A stretch of DNA of 63,732 nt, filler included, from Nitrospinae bacterium RIFCSPLOWO2_12_FULL_45_22 (GTDB lineage: Bacteria > 2-12-FULL-45-22), in the NCBI GenBank assembly GCA_001803565.1. It is 7 parts of 7 records of this genome, joined end to end, with 100 filler letters (N's around TTAATTAATTAA, not from the genome) between each part and the next. Parts side by side here need not be neighbours in the genome. Positions count along the whole stretch, not along the records: positions 47,804 to 58,367 come from MHDQ01000231.1; positions 58,468 to 63,732 come from MHDQ01000248.1; 5 more parts are not named here. One strand, written 5' to 3'. Positions 51,668-61,118 of this stretch are shown here, in pieces. The translations under genes were made by a program, and so were the position numbers. Below the pieces are notes generated by a model, which did no database searches, was not told where the DNA came from, and saw only the letters and a list, made by a program, of their open reading frames with translations. Within the stretch, counting starts at the first letter, position 1. Each line of letters opens with the position of its first letter.

Positions 51668-52792
51668 ATGGAGAGTTTTAAAGAGTTAATAGACAATCGC
51701 CACGAGTATGCCAGGGAATGGAAGAAAAGAACCGGGGGCAAAGTCCTGGGATATTTATGCTCCTATGTGCCGGAGGAAATAGCTGTAGCAGCAGGGGTAC
51801 TTCCGGTCAGGATCTTTGGTAGCCATGAACCTCAGGATGTAGCAGAGAAACATATATATTCGATGTTTTGCCCCTTTTGTCGAGACTGTTTAGCCCAGGG
51901 GTTATTAGGTAGATATGACTATCTGGATGGGTTGGTCATGGCACATAGTTGTATGCATCTCCGCCAGACCTATTTTTCCTGGAAGACTAATATACCCTTA
52001 TCCTACACTTGCTATATCGGGATGCCTTCTAAGCCCCAGAGCCCATTAGCCAAAAAGTTTTTAAAAGGCGAGCTGGAAGACTTTAAGGAGTCCTTAGAAG
52101 AATGGACCGGTAAAACCACTGGCAATAAAGAACTGGATGAGGGGATAGAGGTTTTAAACCAAAATCGTCGGTTGTTGCGGGAAATATATGAATTGAGAAA
52201 GGATGAAATACCGCCTCTTACTGGGGCAGAAGCCATGGAGATAGTCTTATCCAGTCAGGTTGTTGATAAAACTGAGCATAGTAACCGGTTAAGTAAATAT
52301 TTAGAAGAAATAAAGCAGAGGAGCGGAAAGGGTGAGAAGGATCAGGTAAGATTGATGGTTATAGGCAGTGAAAACGATGATACAGAAATGATTAAGTTAG
52401 CTGAATCTCTAGGCGGTATAGTAGTGATAGATGACCATTGTACTGGGACAAGGTATTTCTGGAATGAGGTAATACCAGAAGAGGATAGACTATCAGCCAT
52501 TGCTACTCGTTACCTGGACCGGCCCCGATGTCCGCAGAAAGACTTTGAAACCAGGAGCAGATTGCCGCATATTGCCCAATTGGTCAAGGGTTATAATGTG
52601 CATGGGGCAATCGTCATCCAGCAGAAATTTTGCGACCCTCACGAACTGGATATTCCTATAATAATGAATTATCTAAAAGAAGAACTAAACACCCCCAGCC
52701 TTTTCCTGGAGTTTGATGTTACGTTCCCGGCAGGGCAGTTCCGGACCAGGATCGAGGCCTTTATAGAAACCCTTCAATTAGAGGTTGTGTAA
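51668..52792 (+). CDS. Benzoyl-CoA reductase BzdN-like / 2-hydroxyacyl-CoA dehydratase family subunit
   Basis: MFCPFCRDCLAQGL, DDHCTGTRYFW and QQKFCDPHELD motifs. Confidence 0.88.
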   Translation: MESFKELIDNRHEYAREWKKRTGGKVLGYLCSYVPEEIAVAAGVLPVRIFGSHEPQDVAEKHIYSMFCPFCRDCLAQGLLGRYDYLDGLVMAHSCMHLRQTYFSWKTNIPLSYTCYIGMPSKPQSPLAKKFLKGELEDFKESLEEWTGKTTGNKELDEGIEVLNQNRRLLREIYELRKDEIPPLTGAEAMEIVLSSQVVDKTEHSNRLSKYLEEIKQRSGKGEKDQVRLMVIGSENDDTEMIKLAESLGGIVVIDDHCTGTRYFWNEVIPEEDRLSAIATRYLDRPRCPQKDFETRSRLPHIAQLVKGYNVHGAIVIQQKFCDPHELDIPIIMNYLKEELNTPSLFLEFDVTFPAGQFRTRIEAFIETLQLEVV

Positions 52793-53013
52793 TCACTACC
52801 TTAAGCGTAGAGTATTTGCTTTTAGGAGCGACAGCGCCAGTGCTGTCATTCCTAAACTCAAGGTTTTTGTAAACATACAAGAGGGTATTTACCGCAGAGA
52901 CCCAGAGCTTCGGAGAATAGAACTATATGCCGATAGAACTAAACTAGCTCATCAATAGGCTTCTCTGCGCCTCTGCGCCTCAGCGGTGAATAGTAAAAAA
53001 TAAGGAGGCAAGA

Positions 53014-54321
53014 ATGATGGAGACGATAAAAAACTGGGAGAGTAAACCCTTAGAATGTTGGCAAAAGGCAAAGGAATTAAGACTAAATTTTTATAAAGAA
53101 TTCATAACGGCAAATCAGGAAGGCAAGATAGTAAATGTGGCCTGTGGCTTAGTGCCCCAGGCGTTAATTGCTGGGTTTGGGGATTTTGTCCATCTGCAAG
53201 GGGAGCCTTACGGGGCCAGTTGTGGCTTTGATCGTAGGTTTTCGGACGAAGTAATAGATGCCTTTGAGACCAGGGGTTTTGCCCGGGACCTCTGATCATA
53301 TTTAAAGAACCAGTTAGGTTCTATCTATGTCAATAAATATCTCTTTGGTGGTGAATTCCCTAAGCCCACATTTGTATTAAGCGGACATGGCTGTGATAGT
53401 CATGCCAAATGGGTTCAATTAATAGCGGAACATTACCAGGTGCCTTTATATGTCCTTGATCTCGGCCTAGCTGATATAACCGAGAAAAAGACCCAACGAA
53501 AAATAGAGTATTTAACGGAACAACTATTTGAATGTGTGGAGTGGCTCGAGCAAGTTACCGCGAAGAAATTTGACGAAGATAGATTCAGAGAGGCTTTTAT
53601 TAATACTACCCAGTTGGGACAGCTCTGGGCCGAAATTTGCTGCCTTAATAAGGCCATTCCGGCACCTTTAGACCAAAAATCCATGTACTCATTCTTTGCC
53701 TTCCCCCTACTGGCACCCCATAGGAAAGAGACCGTAGAGCTTTATCGAGAGTTACGGGATGAGACGAAATGGCGGGTAGAGAATAAGATAGCCGCAGTAG
53801 CCACTGAGAGATGCCGACTATTCCATGATGGTCAACCACCCTGGGGATTCTTGAAAATTTTTCGCTATCTGGAAAAATATGGCGCCGTGTGTGCCGGTGG
53901 AATATATGGCTTTTCTTTGGGAGCAACCTGGGATTGGGATAAAATGGAGCCCGCCAAAACCCCTATAGAAAAAGGGGCCCCTTTAGATACCAGAGACGAT
54001 TTGATTAAGGCTTATGCCGAGTGGTACATAAAGAGTTATATCGCCCAGAATATGTTATTTTCCCCCCTATGGAAGGCCGAAGCCTATCTAAAGACTATGA
54101 AGGACTGGCATATTGATGGACTATTGGTCCATCTCAATCGGGGCTGCGAAGGATGGGCCTTTGGTCAGTTAGAGATGCGCCTGGGGGTGATAAAAGGCGG
54201 TTATCCGGTATTAACCTATGAAGGGAATATGAGTGATAACAGAGAATTTGACGAATCTCAAACGCTGGATAGGCTTGAGGCCTTCCTCCAGAGCCTGGGG
54301 CTAAAAAAGCTGACCGATTAG
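53014..54321 (+). CDS. BzdO-like / 2-hydroxyacyl-CoA dehydratase family subunit, probable selenoprotein (TGA 53293-53295 read as Sec)
   Basis: Track ORFs 53014-53295 and 53440-54321 share one frame and are separated only by a single TGA in GFARDL*SY. Other motifs: GEPYGAS, GCDSHAKW, HLNRGCEG. Confidence 0.85.
53293..53332 (+). promoter_or_regulatory. Putative bacterial SECIS hairpin
   Basis: TGA-T-CATA-TTTAA-AGAACC-AGTTA-GGTTCT-ATC-TATG-TCA: a 6-bp upper stem, a loop with G in position 2 starting 16 nt after UGA, and a lower stem that includes the UGA. Confidence 0.7.
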
Positions 54322-54503
54322 TTATGCCAGGTAAGAAGACTAGACCGGATTTATACGGGATTGAAACTGCGGCTTGAGGGCCGAGTGGACAGTAAGGAGT
54401 GAGCAGTAACAAAAAGAGAAAGCTTCAAAGAAAGGATGGATCACGAGAGTTTACATAATTCTGAAGGGTTAGGTAATTTGGTTTGTGGTAACAAGATAAG
54501 CTT

Positions 54504-54884
54504 ATGGATGTTGCTATAGGGACAGACCTGGTAGAAATAGGACGGATTAAAGGGGCTATAAATCGGAGGGGAGAACGGTTCCTTAACCGGATCTTTACCC
54601 CTAATGAGATAAGGTATTGCCAGAGGCAAAGGGCTCCTTACCCATGTTATGCTGGCCGCTTTGCAGCCAAAGAGGCGGTATTTAAGGCCTTAGGCAAAGG
54701 ATGGCGCTTGGGTATGAAATGGACCGAAATGGAGGTGTTAAACGATCCCCAGGGCCAGCCATATATCATCTTGAGCGGTAGGGTCAAAACCCAGGCAGAG
54801 GAGGTGGGAATCCGCAGGTTTTTGATAAGCCTCTCCCATACCCGCGACTATGCCCTCTGCCAGTTATTGGCCCTCAAAGAGTAA
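54504..54884 (+). CDS. acpS: Holo-ACP synthase
   Basis: IGTDLVEI, AGRFAAKEAVFKALG and ISLSH motifs. Confidence 0.95.
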   Translation: MDVAIGTDLVEIGRIKGAINRRGERFLNRIFTPNEIRYCQRQRAPYPCYAGRFAAKEAVFKALGKGWRLGMKWTEMEVLNDPQGQPYIILSGRVKTQAEEVGIRRFLISLSHTRDYALCQLLALKE

Positions 54885-55350
54885 TTAATCCGTAAACTGT
54901 TCTGGTATAGCCACAAAAAGGCGCAAAAAGCTCTTTGTGGCAGAATAGTTATAATATCCTTATAAAGGGTATTGACGATTTCATAAAAAAGGTTAAGATT
55001 ATTAAAAAGAAATGGAAGGCAAAGAAAGTTCGGCACAGAGAGAGGGGATTTCATATGCCATAAAAAAAGATTTGAGGAGGGGAAGGCCATTTTTAAAAAT
55101 CGTTTAGTAGAGGCAATTACTTATCTGGTTATTTCCTTGATTTGTCTTGTTGCTGGATTAAAGATCACTAATCTCAATTATGCTATTTTTCTTTATTTGA
55201 TGGCGGCCATGTTCGTTTTGGCTATCTTCCGGCCCAAAGAACTACCGTAACACAGCTTAAGGCGCAAAGTGTAAAGCTTAAAAAGCTGAGGTAATTTGTT
55301 TCCTGAGTTTTGCGCGTTGCGCCTTAAGCTGTACGCTTTCTATTAAGAGG

Positions 55351-55427
55351 GGCGGTGTAGCTCAGGTGGTCAGAGCAGGCGGCTCATATCCGCCATGTCG
55401 GGGGTTCGAGTCCCTCCACCGCCACCA
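55351..55427 (+). tRNA. tRNA-Met (CAT), elongator type
   Basis: GGCGGTGTAGCTCAG...GGCGG-CTCATAT-CCGCC...GTTCGAGTCC...CCACCA, with a paired 1:72 position. Confidence 0.93.
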
Positions 55428-55620
55428 TCCCTTAGCTTAATCCATACTCTTTTTCTAAATACCAGGGTTCGATGGGCATTCTTCAGAGTCGCTACGGCGC
55501 CATAACCCGTGGTAGCAAATCCTTGATCTCGATCATCGGTGACTCGGGCTTTTCAAAAAGGCGGCTCGCACCGAGTACCTCGATCCCGGCTCTAACGATT
55601 TTAAATAAAGACAGTATTCA

Positions 55621-56010
55621 TCAATGGACTCTGAAGCGATAGTGCAACTTATGAACATTACTTACTTGATCGAATTCCCTTTGAATCTTATCCCGGACTT
55701 CCCGATCAAGTCGAGTCCAGGTCGTTGTTTGACTTGGAATTGGATTTATAGGCGCATCATAACCATATGCCAGATTTATTCCACAAAGGTCAGAGATTAA
55801 ATATCTATCGTGGAAATCATCCCAGATGAATACCTCGAAATTAAACTGATTCCAGCCGGCCTGTTTAAACCGAGCATTCCAATCCTTAAACTGGACCACC
55901 TGTCTACTTGCTCCATAACCTTCATAGCATACTCGATGAAGTTCAATTATAGGTCTTGGTCTATTGCTGGGACGATCAACAAGGTTTATGCTTCCGGATC
56001 TCAGCCTCAT
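55621..56010 (-). pseudogene. C-terminal fragment of an unknown accessory protein
   Basis: FHDRYLISD motif, no credible start, lies among other fragments. Confidence 0.45.
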
Positions 56011-56085
56011 CCAAGGAAACGTACTTCAGGTCGCTTAAGTCCAGACGTCCGCTGAAATCGATATTATTCATACGTAGCATTGGTG

Positions 56086-56295
56086 TCAGTAGAAGGCAAA
56101 TCTCGGATGTAGAACATCGGAGTTAACCCGAACGATAAAAACATGCTCATTAACCGCGGCTTCGTCAAAAGGAAAATCATCGTTTACAAAAGCTGTTTTG
56201 CCTGTTGTGGCTCTATCCTTTACAATTAGAACATCATTCCGAAGGATATTGCCTTGATTAAGGGATTCATAATAGGATCTCGGTATAAATTTCAT
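56086..56295 (-). pseudogene. Type I R-M specificity-subunit (HsdS-like TRD) fragment
   Basis: NDVLIVKDRATTGKTAFV...AVNEHVFIVR. Confidence 0.65.
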
Positions 56296-56309
56296 TCCCT
56301 CAAGACGTG

Positions 56310-56788
56310 GCTTGCCATCATTGAACTCTCTACCAGGTTAGATTACCTGGTAAAAAAGAGGGGCATAGGCCTGGTAACCGGTGAGGTAGGTAGTGGTAAA
56401 ACCACCGGCATCCGGGCCCTCTGCCATGCCCTTAACCCAGGCCTCTATAAGCCCCTCTACTTGCCTAATACCACCGGAAGTGTCCTGGACCTCTATAAGT
56501 CCCTGGCAGAGCTCCTGGGTCTTATTGACTCAAGCTCCAGGGCCAAACTCTATATCCAAATCCATCATGAGATAGAGCGCCTGGTGGAGAGTAAAAAAAT
56601 CTCTCCTCTCCTGATTGTGGACGAGGCCCACCTCCTCCGCATAGAGGCCCTGGAAGAGCTCAGGCTCCTCACCAATTACCAGATGACACCCGCAAGGCGG
56701 GTACCCGCGGGAACATCTTACCCTTATCCTGGTTGGCCAGGCAGAGCTACGGATAAAGCTAGGCCTCAATATCAATGAGCCATTAAAC
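56310..56788 (+). pseudogene. ExeA-like AAA ATPase (transposon helper) fragment, frameshifted
   Basis: GEVGSGKT and LIVDEAH motifs. The continuation HLTLILVGQAEL is in another frame after a GC palindrome at about 56689-56711. Confidence 0.75.
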
Positions 56789-56789
56789 T

Positions 56790-57493
56790 CTGGCTTATCA
56801 CATGGGAGACAATCCTGTGGAGACGGTAATAAAAGGAGGGCGGGTTGTATTAGAAAATGGGCATTTAATATGAAAAAAGATATCTCTTGAGAAGGGGATT
56901 TCCCGGAAAATACGGTTGCCCTTATTGGTTTTCCTTTGGATAAGGGCATTGAACGGATCGGGGGACGTATCGGCGCATCCCGCGGACCGGCCCGGATCAG
57001 AAAAGCCTTTTACCGGTTGGCAAACGGATGTCGCCATCCGATTAATGAGTTAACTTTGCTTGACCTAGGTGATGTAGTACCTCAGATGGATCTAGAAACC
57101 TCCCATGAGCAACTGGGCGATATTATAACCTTCTGGATAAAAAAAGGAATATTACCCATTGTCCTGGGAGGCAGCCATGACTTAAGCTTCGGCTCAGTCA
57201 GTGGCTTAATCCAGGCAATACCTGGTCAGGAGAAAATCGGCCTGATAAATATTGATAGTCATCTCGATATAGATGTATGTGCGCGGGCTTATACACCAGG
57301 AGCCAGTGCATCCCAAGCCGATGGACTTACGGCTTCAGAAATCCTTCAGATTAGTTTTTTGGCTGGAAAAGAGAAGAAAGTTAAGCTCTTGGATGTCTGT
57401 GAAGTCAGCCCGCTTCTGGACATAGCGAATATGACGGTTAGCCTGGCTGCCCGGATTATCTATTGCTTTTTACAGGGCCTGACATTAAGATAG
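56790..57493 (+). pseudogene. hutI C-terminal remnant plus a formimidoylglutamase/arginase-family (hutG-like) pseudogene
   Basis: LAYHMGDNPVETVIKGGRVV tail. The next gene starts at ATG 56870, has TGA at codon 7, and joins DSHLD directly to IDV, which implies a large internal deletion. Confidence 0.75.
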
Positions 57494-57511
57494 GGAAAGG
57501 ACCAAAATTAA

Positions 57512-57566
57512 TCCCCCTCACCTCAATCCTCTCCGCTTAGGGGAGAGGATTGAGGTGAGGGGGGGT
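57512..57566. repeat. Long hairpin (REP-like element or terminator)
   Basis: CCCCCTCACCTCAATCCTCTCC-loop-GGAGAGGATTGAGGTGAGGGGG. Confidence 0.7.
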
Positions 57567-57585
57567 ATTTTCAGGAGAAAGATTT

Positions 57586-57933
57586 ATGCAACCAAGCAAG
57601 ATTATGCACATAAAGCGTCATATGCTAATGGTCCGGATTATCTACTGGGCCAATGCCTTTTGTTTTGTTAGCCTGCTTATTTCTGCTCTGGCGTTGTTGG
57701 GAATAAAGAATTATGAGGTAAATTATTGGGGTTATTTTTATTCGATGACTTTTCTCTGGCATGGTAACCTGCACGATTATCTGATTATCCCGTATCTGCT
57801 TCTCTTTTTACCCCACCTTTATCTCGCTTTAATAGCCTATCCTATTACTTTTATTGGCATGATAACCGGGTATGTGCCCAAAGAATATGCCCAGAAGCGC
57901 CACCAAAAATGGTATCAGGACAAAGTTGGATGA
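57586..57933 (+). CDS. Small membrane protein, function unknown
   Basis: AGGAG RBS and two to three hydrophobic segments. Confidence 0.55.
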   Translation: MQPSKIMHIKRHMLMVRIIYWANAFCFVSLLISALALLGIKNYEVNYWGYFYSMTFLWHGNLHDYLIIPYLLLFLPHLYLALIAYPITFIGMITGYVPKEYAQKRHQKWYQDKVG

Positions 57934-57973
57934 AGGGGCTTAAGGGAACAATCGTTTATCCCCGAGGTAAGTT

Positions 57974-58367
57974 ATGTTTCAAAGCCTGAAAGTAAAAATA
58001 GCCCTGTGGGTGGGAGTACCCCTGATTTTAATTGTGAGTGTCTCCCATCTCGTGGCCCTCAGAGGGATTCAAAAAGAACTAATGACTGCGGCAGAACTCA
58101 GGGCCAGATCTCTCCATGGCGTGATCAATCGGTCGATCTTCTATATAATGCTCCATGGCAGGTCCCATAAGGGAGGAATAGACACTCTTTTAAAGGCGAT
58201 ATACTCCATTTCCGAGGTGGAGCAAATAAGGATATTTAGTGAAGAGGGAATTATCCTGAAATCATCAAAACCGGAAGAAATAAGAGAAAAAATATATAAA
58301 GAAGTGGAGGAAGCTACCCGGAAAATAAATATTACGCCGGAGAAAATTGAAGGAGAAGAAGTCATTG
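57974..58367 (+). CDS. Membrane sensor (histidine kinase/MCP-type) N-terminus, truncated at the contig end
   Basis: FQSLKVKI-TM start and periplasmic IRIFSEEGIILKSS. Confidence 0.65.
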
Positions 58368-58473
58368 NNNNNNNNNNNNNNNNNNNNNNNNNNNNNNNNN
58401 NNNNNNNNNNNTTAATTAATTAANNNNNNNNNNNNNNNNNNNNNNNNNNNNNNNNNNNNNNNNNNNNCTACTT

Positions 58474-58743
58474 ATGGAAAACAATAGAAAATTCAGACCG
58501 GATACCAATTTAAAACTAATGGATCAAGCCCGGCAGGTGCTACGATATCATCACTATGCCTATCGAACTGAGCAGACATATTGTGACTGGATCATTCAAT
58601 ACCTGAGGTTTTATAAATACAAAAAACATCCCAGGGAAATGGGGAAGACCGAGAGTGATACATTTTTGAGCTATCTGGCAACGGATAGAACGGTTTCAGC
58701 ATCACCGCAACGGCAGGCATTGAATACTATTATATTGTCCTGA
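58474..58743 (+). pseudogene. intI: Integron integrase N-terminal SAM-like domain, truncated
   Basis: KLMDQARQVLRYHHYAYRTEQTYCDWI...HPREMG...FLSYLA...VSASPQRQALN. It stops before the catalytic domain. Confidence 0.8.
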
Positions 58744-58766
58744 AGCATCCGTGAACAGGAGATAAA

Positions 58767-59837
58767 TCAGGTAATACGAACCCGCCAACCAAAAGGGTCT
58801 TCCCTGCGACCATACTGGATGCCGGTGATTTCTTCATAGAGTTTTTGGGACAATTCCCCTATTTTACCGTTCGCTACCCGGAAATCTTTTCCCTTGTAAT
58901 AAATTTCACCAACAGGAGAAATAACCGCAGCGGTACCGGTGGCAAACATTTCCTTTAGAGACCCGTTTTTACACCCACCAATGACCTCCTCAATGGAGAT
59001 GAGACGTTCCGACACCTTGAGCCCCCAGCGCCTGACGAGCTGCAGTACAGAATCTCTGGTAACACCTGGCAGGATAGTACCTCCCAGGGGTGGGGTGACG
59101 AGTTCATCATGGATAAAAAAGAAGATATTACTTGTACCCACCTCCTCTACATAATGAAGTTCTTTAGCATCAAGCCATAAAACCTGGGTATAGCCTTTTT
59201 TGGCGGCTTGTTGTGATACGAAGAGCGTAGGACCATAGTTGCCAGATGTCTTTGTCTCCCCCACTCCCCCTTTTGCCGCGCGTATATACTCATCAGAAAC
59301 GTAAATCTTAGTTGGGTTGAACCCTTCAGGGTAGTAGGCTCCGACTGGACAGAGAACGATATAAAACAGGTACTGCTCCGAAGGTCTCACTCCAAGCCCT
59401 GGCTCAACGGCTATCATTGTGGGTCGAATATAGAGTGATGTGCCATCCGATTTAGGTATCCAACCACGGTCAAGTAAAATCAACTCCTTTATGGCACGGA
59501 GAAAGAGATCCGGGGGCACCTCCGGCATAACCATTCTTCGGGCGGAAGCTTGCATACGTTCAATATACTTCTCTGGCCGAAACAAGACAATACCTCCGTC
59601 CTCTAAGTAATAGGCCTTTAATCCTTCGAATACTTCTTGGTTATAGTGCAAGACCATAGCGGTCGGATCAAGTCTCAGTTCCTGGTAAGGTTCGATGCGT
59701 GCGTTATGCCATCCTTTTAATCGGGTATAATCCATAAGAAACATATGATCAGTGGTATATTTCCCAAAACCCAATTCAGAATCTTTGGGACGAGATTTCT
59801 GGCCGATAGCCTTGGATCTAATGAATTTGATCTCCAT
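58767..59837 (-). CDS. ilvE: Branched-chain amino acid aminotransferase
   Basis: FEGLKAY, LYIRP, KTSGNY, EEVGTSN, ILPGVTRDS and GTAAVISP motifs. Confidence 0.95.
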   Translation of the reverse strand: MEIKFIRSKAIGQKSRPKDSELGFGKYTTDHMFLMDYTRLKGWHNARIEPYQELRLDPTAMVLHYNQEVFEGLKAYYLEDGGIVLFRPEKYIERMQASARRMVMPEVPPDLFLRAIKELILLDRGWIPKSDGTSLYIRPTMIAVEPGLGVRPSEQYLFYIVLCPVGAYYPEGFNPTKIYVSDEYIRAAKGGVGETKTSGNYGPTLFVSQQAAKKGYTQVLWLDAKELHYVEEVGTSNIFFFIHDELVTPPLGGTILPGVTRDSVLQLVRRWGLKVSERLISIEEVIGGCKNGSLKEMFATGTAAVISPVGEIYYKGKDFRVANGKIGELSQKLYEEITGIQYGRREDPFGWRVRIT

Positions 59838-59936
59838 AGTGGATCCCCCTCACCAGATGAGCCAACAATCTACCTATAAGTAATTTAATCCGTCTCTTTA
59901 GGGATTGTAAAGTAAAAGAAATTGTATCCCTATTAA

Positions 59937-61118
59937 TTAAATTACACTTGCCTCCTTCAGTTCATATGTCTCATTAGGGGTCAAACCCAACAGGGTTTCA
60001 TAGATTTCCTGATTATGCTGGCCTAATAGGGGTGCCGGTTTTATAGGGCCCACAGGAGAAGGAAGTTTTATGGGAGAATTGAGCACCTTAACTTTGCCTA
60101 TACCCGGCTGATCGATCTCGGCAATCATACCCCGCTGGATAAGATCCTCATCATTCCATACCTCCTCGACATCTAATACTGGGCTACAAGGAACATCTCT
60201 TAGGGCCATCTCGTCATATATCTCTTGCTTGGTCCTGGATTGGGTCCAGGCCCCTATCATGGTATCAATCTCTTCCCGGTTCCGCCATCGGGTATAGGGG
60301 GATCCATATTTGTCCGGGGTGATAAAATCCTCCCTCCCAATAACCTTCATCACCTCATTGGCTTGGGCATCGGTCAGGCCTAAGATATAAATATAGCCGT
60401 CTCTTGCTTGATATACGTTATATGGAGCGACACCAACCATACGGTTCCCTATCTCTTTCTCTACCTTTGCTGATTCATGATAGACATTGTGAATACCCAA
60501 CGGGAAATAAAGGATCGTATCCCGCATGGCTATTTCAACCCTTTGCCCCTGGCCGGTTTTTTCGCGATAATATAAGGCGCCCATGATGGCCATAGCAAAA
60601 TGAGTCGCTGCGCCAAAATCGGCATAGGCGGCAGGGCATCTTATGGGTGGATTCCCGGGAAACCCGGTAGAAGCCATCGCCCCCCCTACTGCCTGAATAA
60701 TAGGATCATAGGCCGGGGTCTTCTCATACCGACTACCTCGCCCAAAACCACTGATAGAGGCATATATGAGCCGTGGATTGATCTCTGTCAAACCCTCGTA
60801 AGTAAGACCCCATTTCTCCATGGTGCCAGGCAAGAAATTTTCTACCAGAATATCGACATGTTTGATCAGTTCTCTGAATATATCTTTCCCTTTATCCTTC
60901 TTCAGGTTCAGGGTGATACACTTCTTATTGACATTGAGCAAGACATAGGGATAGCTAATGCCTTTATGGTAAGTACTCAGTACCCTCATAGGGTCGCCCG
61001 ATGGTGCCTCCAATTTAATCACTTCAGCCCCCAGGAAACCAAGGAGTAAAGTTGCATAGGGTCCGGTACCATACTGTGAGCTGTCTAATACTTTGATGCC
61101 TTCAAGGACGAGTGACAT
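59937..61118 (-). CDS. Class III (CaiB/BaiF) CoA transferase
   Basis: LEGIKVLD, LGAEVIKLE, ENFLPG and APLLGQHN motifs. Confidence 0.92.
   Translation of the reverse strand: MSLVLEGIKVLDSSQYGTGPYATLLLGFLGAEVIKLEAPSGDPMRVLSTYHKGISYPYVLLNVNKKCITLNLKKDKGKDIFRELIKHVDILVENFLPGTMEKWGLTYEGLTEINPRLIYASISGFGRGSRYEKTPAYDPIIQAVGGAMASTGFPGNPPIRCPAAYADFGAATHFAMAIMGALYYREKTGQGQRVEIAMRDTILYFPLGIHNVYHESAKVEKEIGNRMVGVAPYNVYQARDGYIYILGLTDAQANEVMKVIGREDFITPDKYGSPYTRWRNREEIDTMIGAWTQSRTKQEIYDEMALRDVPCSPVLDVEEVWNDEDLIQRGMIAEIDQPGIGKVKVLNSPIKLPSPVGPIKPAPLLGQHNQEIYETLLGLTPNETYELKEASVI

Noticed and set aside
55050-55250. Small two-TM ORF upstream of tRNA-Met
   Set aside because: The hydrophobic frame is open but lacks a canonical start, so support is too weak to call it.
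55485-55610. Possible attC sites after tRNA-Met (CCATAAC, CTCTAAC)
   Set aside because: There is no matching GTTRRRY end or internal symmetry.
56888-56890. In-frame TGA near the start of the hutG-like gene as a second selenocysteine
   Set aside because: It is not at a known Cys site, has no convincing SECIS, and the gene also has a large deletion. A nonsense mutation is more likely.
10759-58467. Recurring TTAATTAATTAA motif flanked by Ns, and ORFs ending in X...LIN
   Set aside because: These are artificial contig linkers. Gene adjacency across them has no biological meaning.
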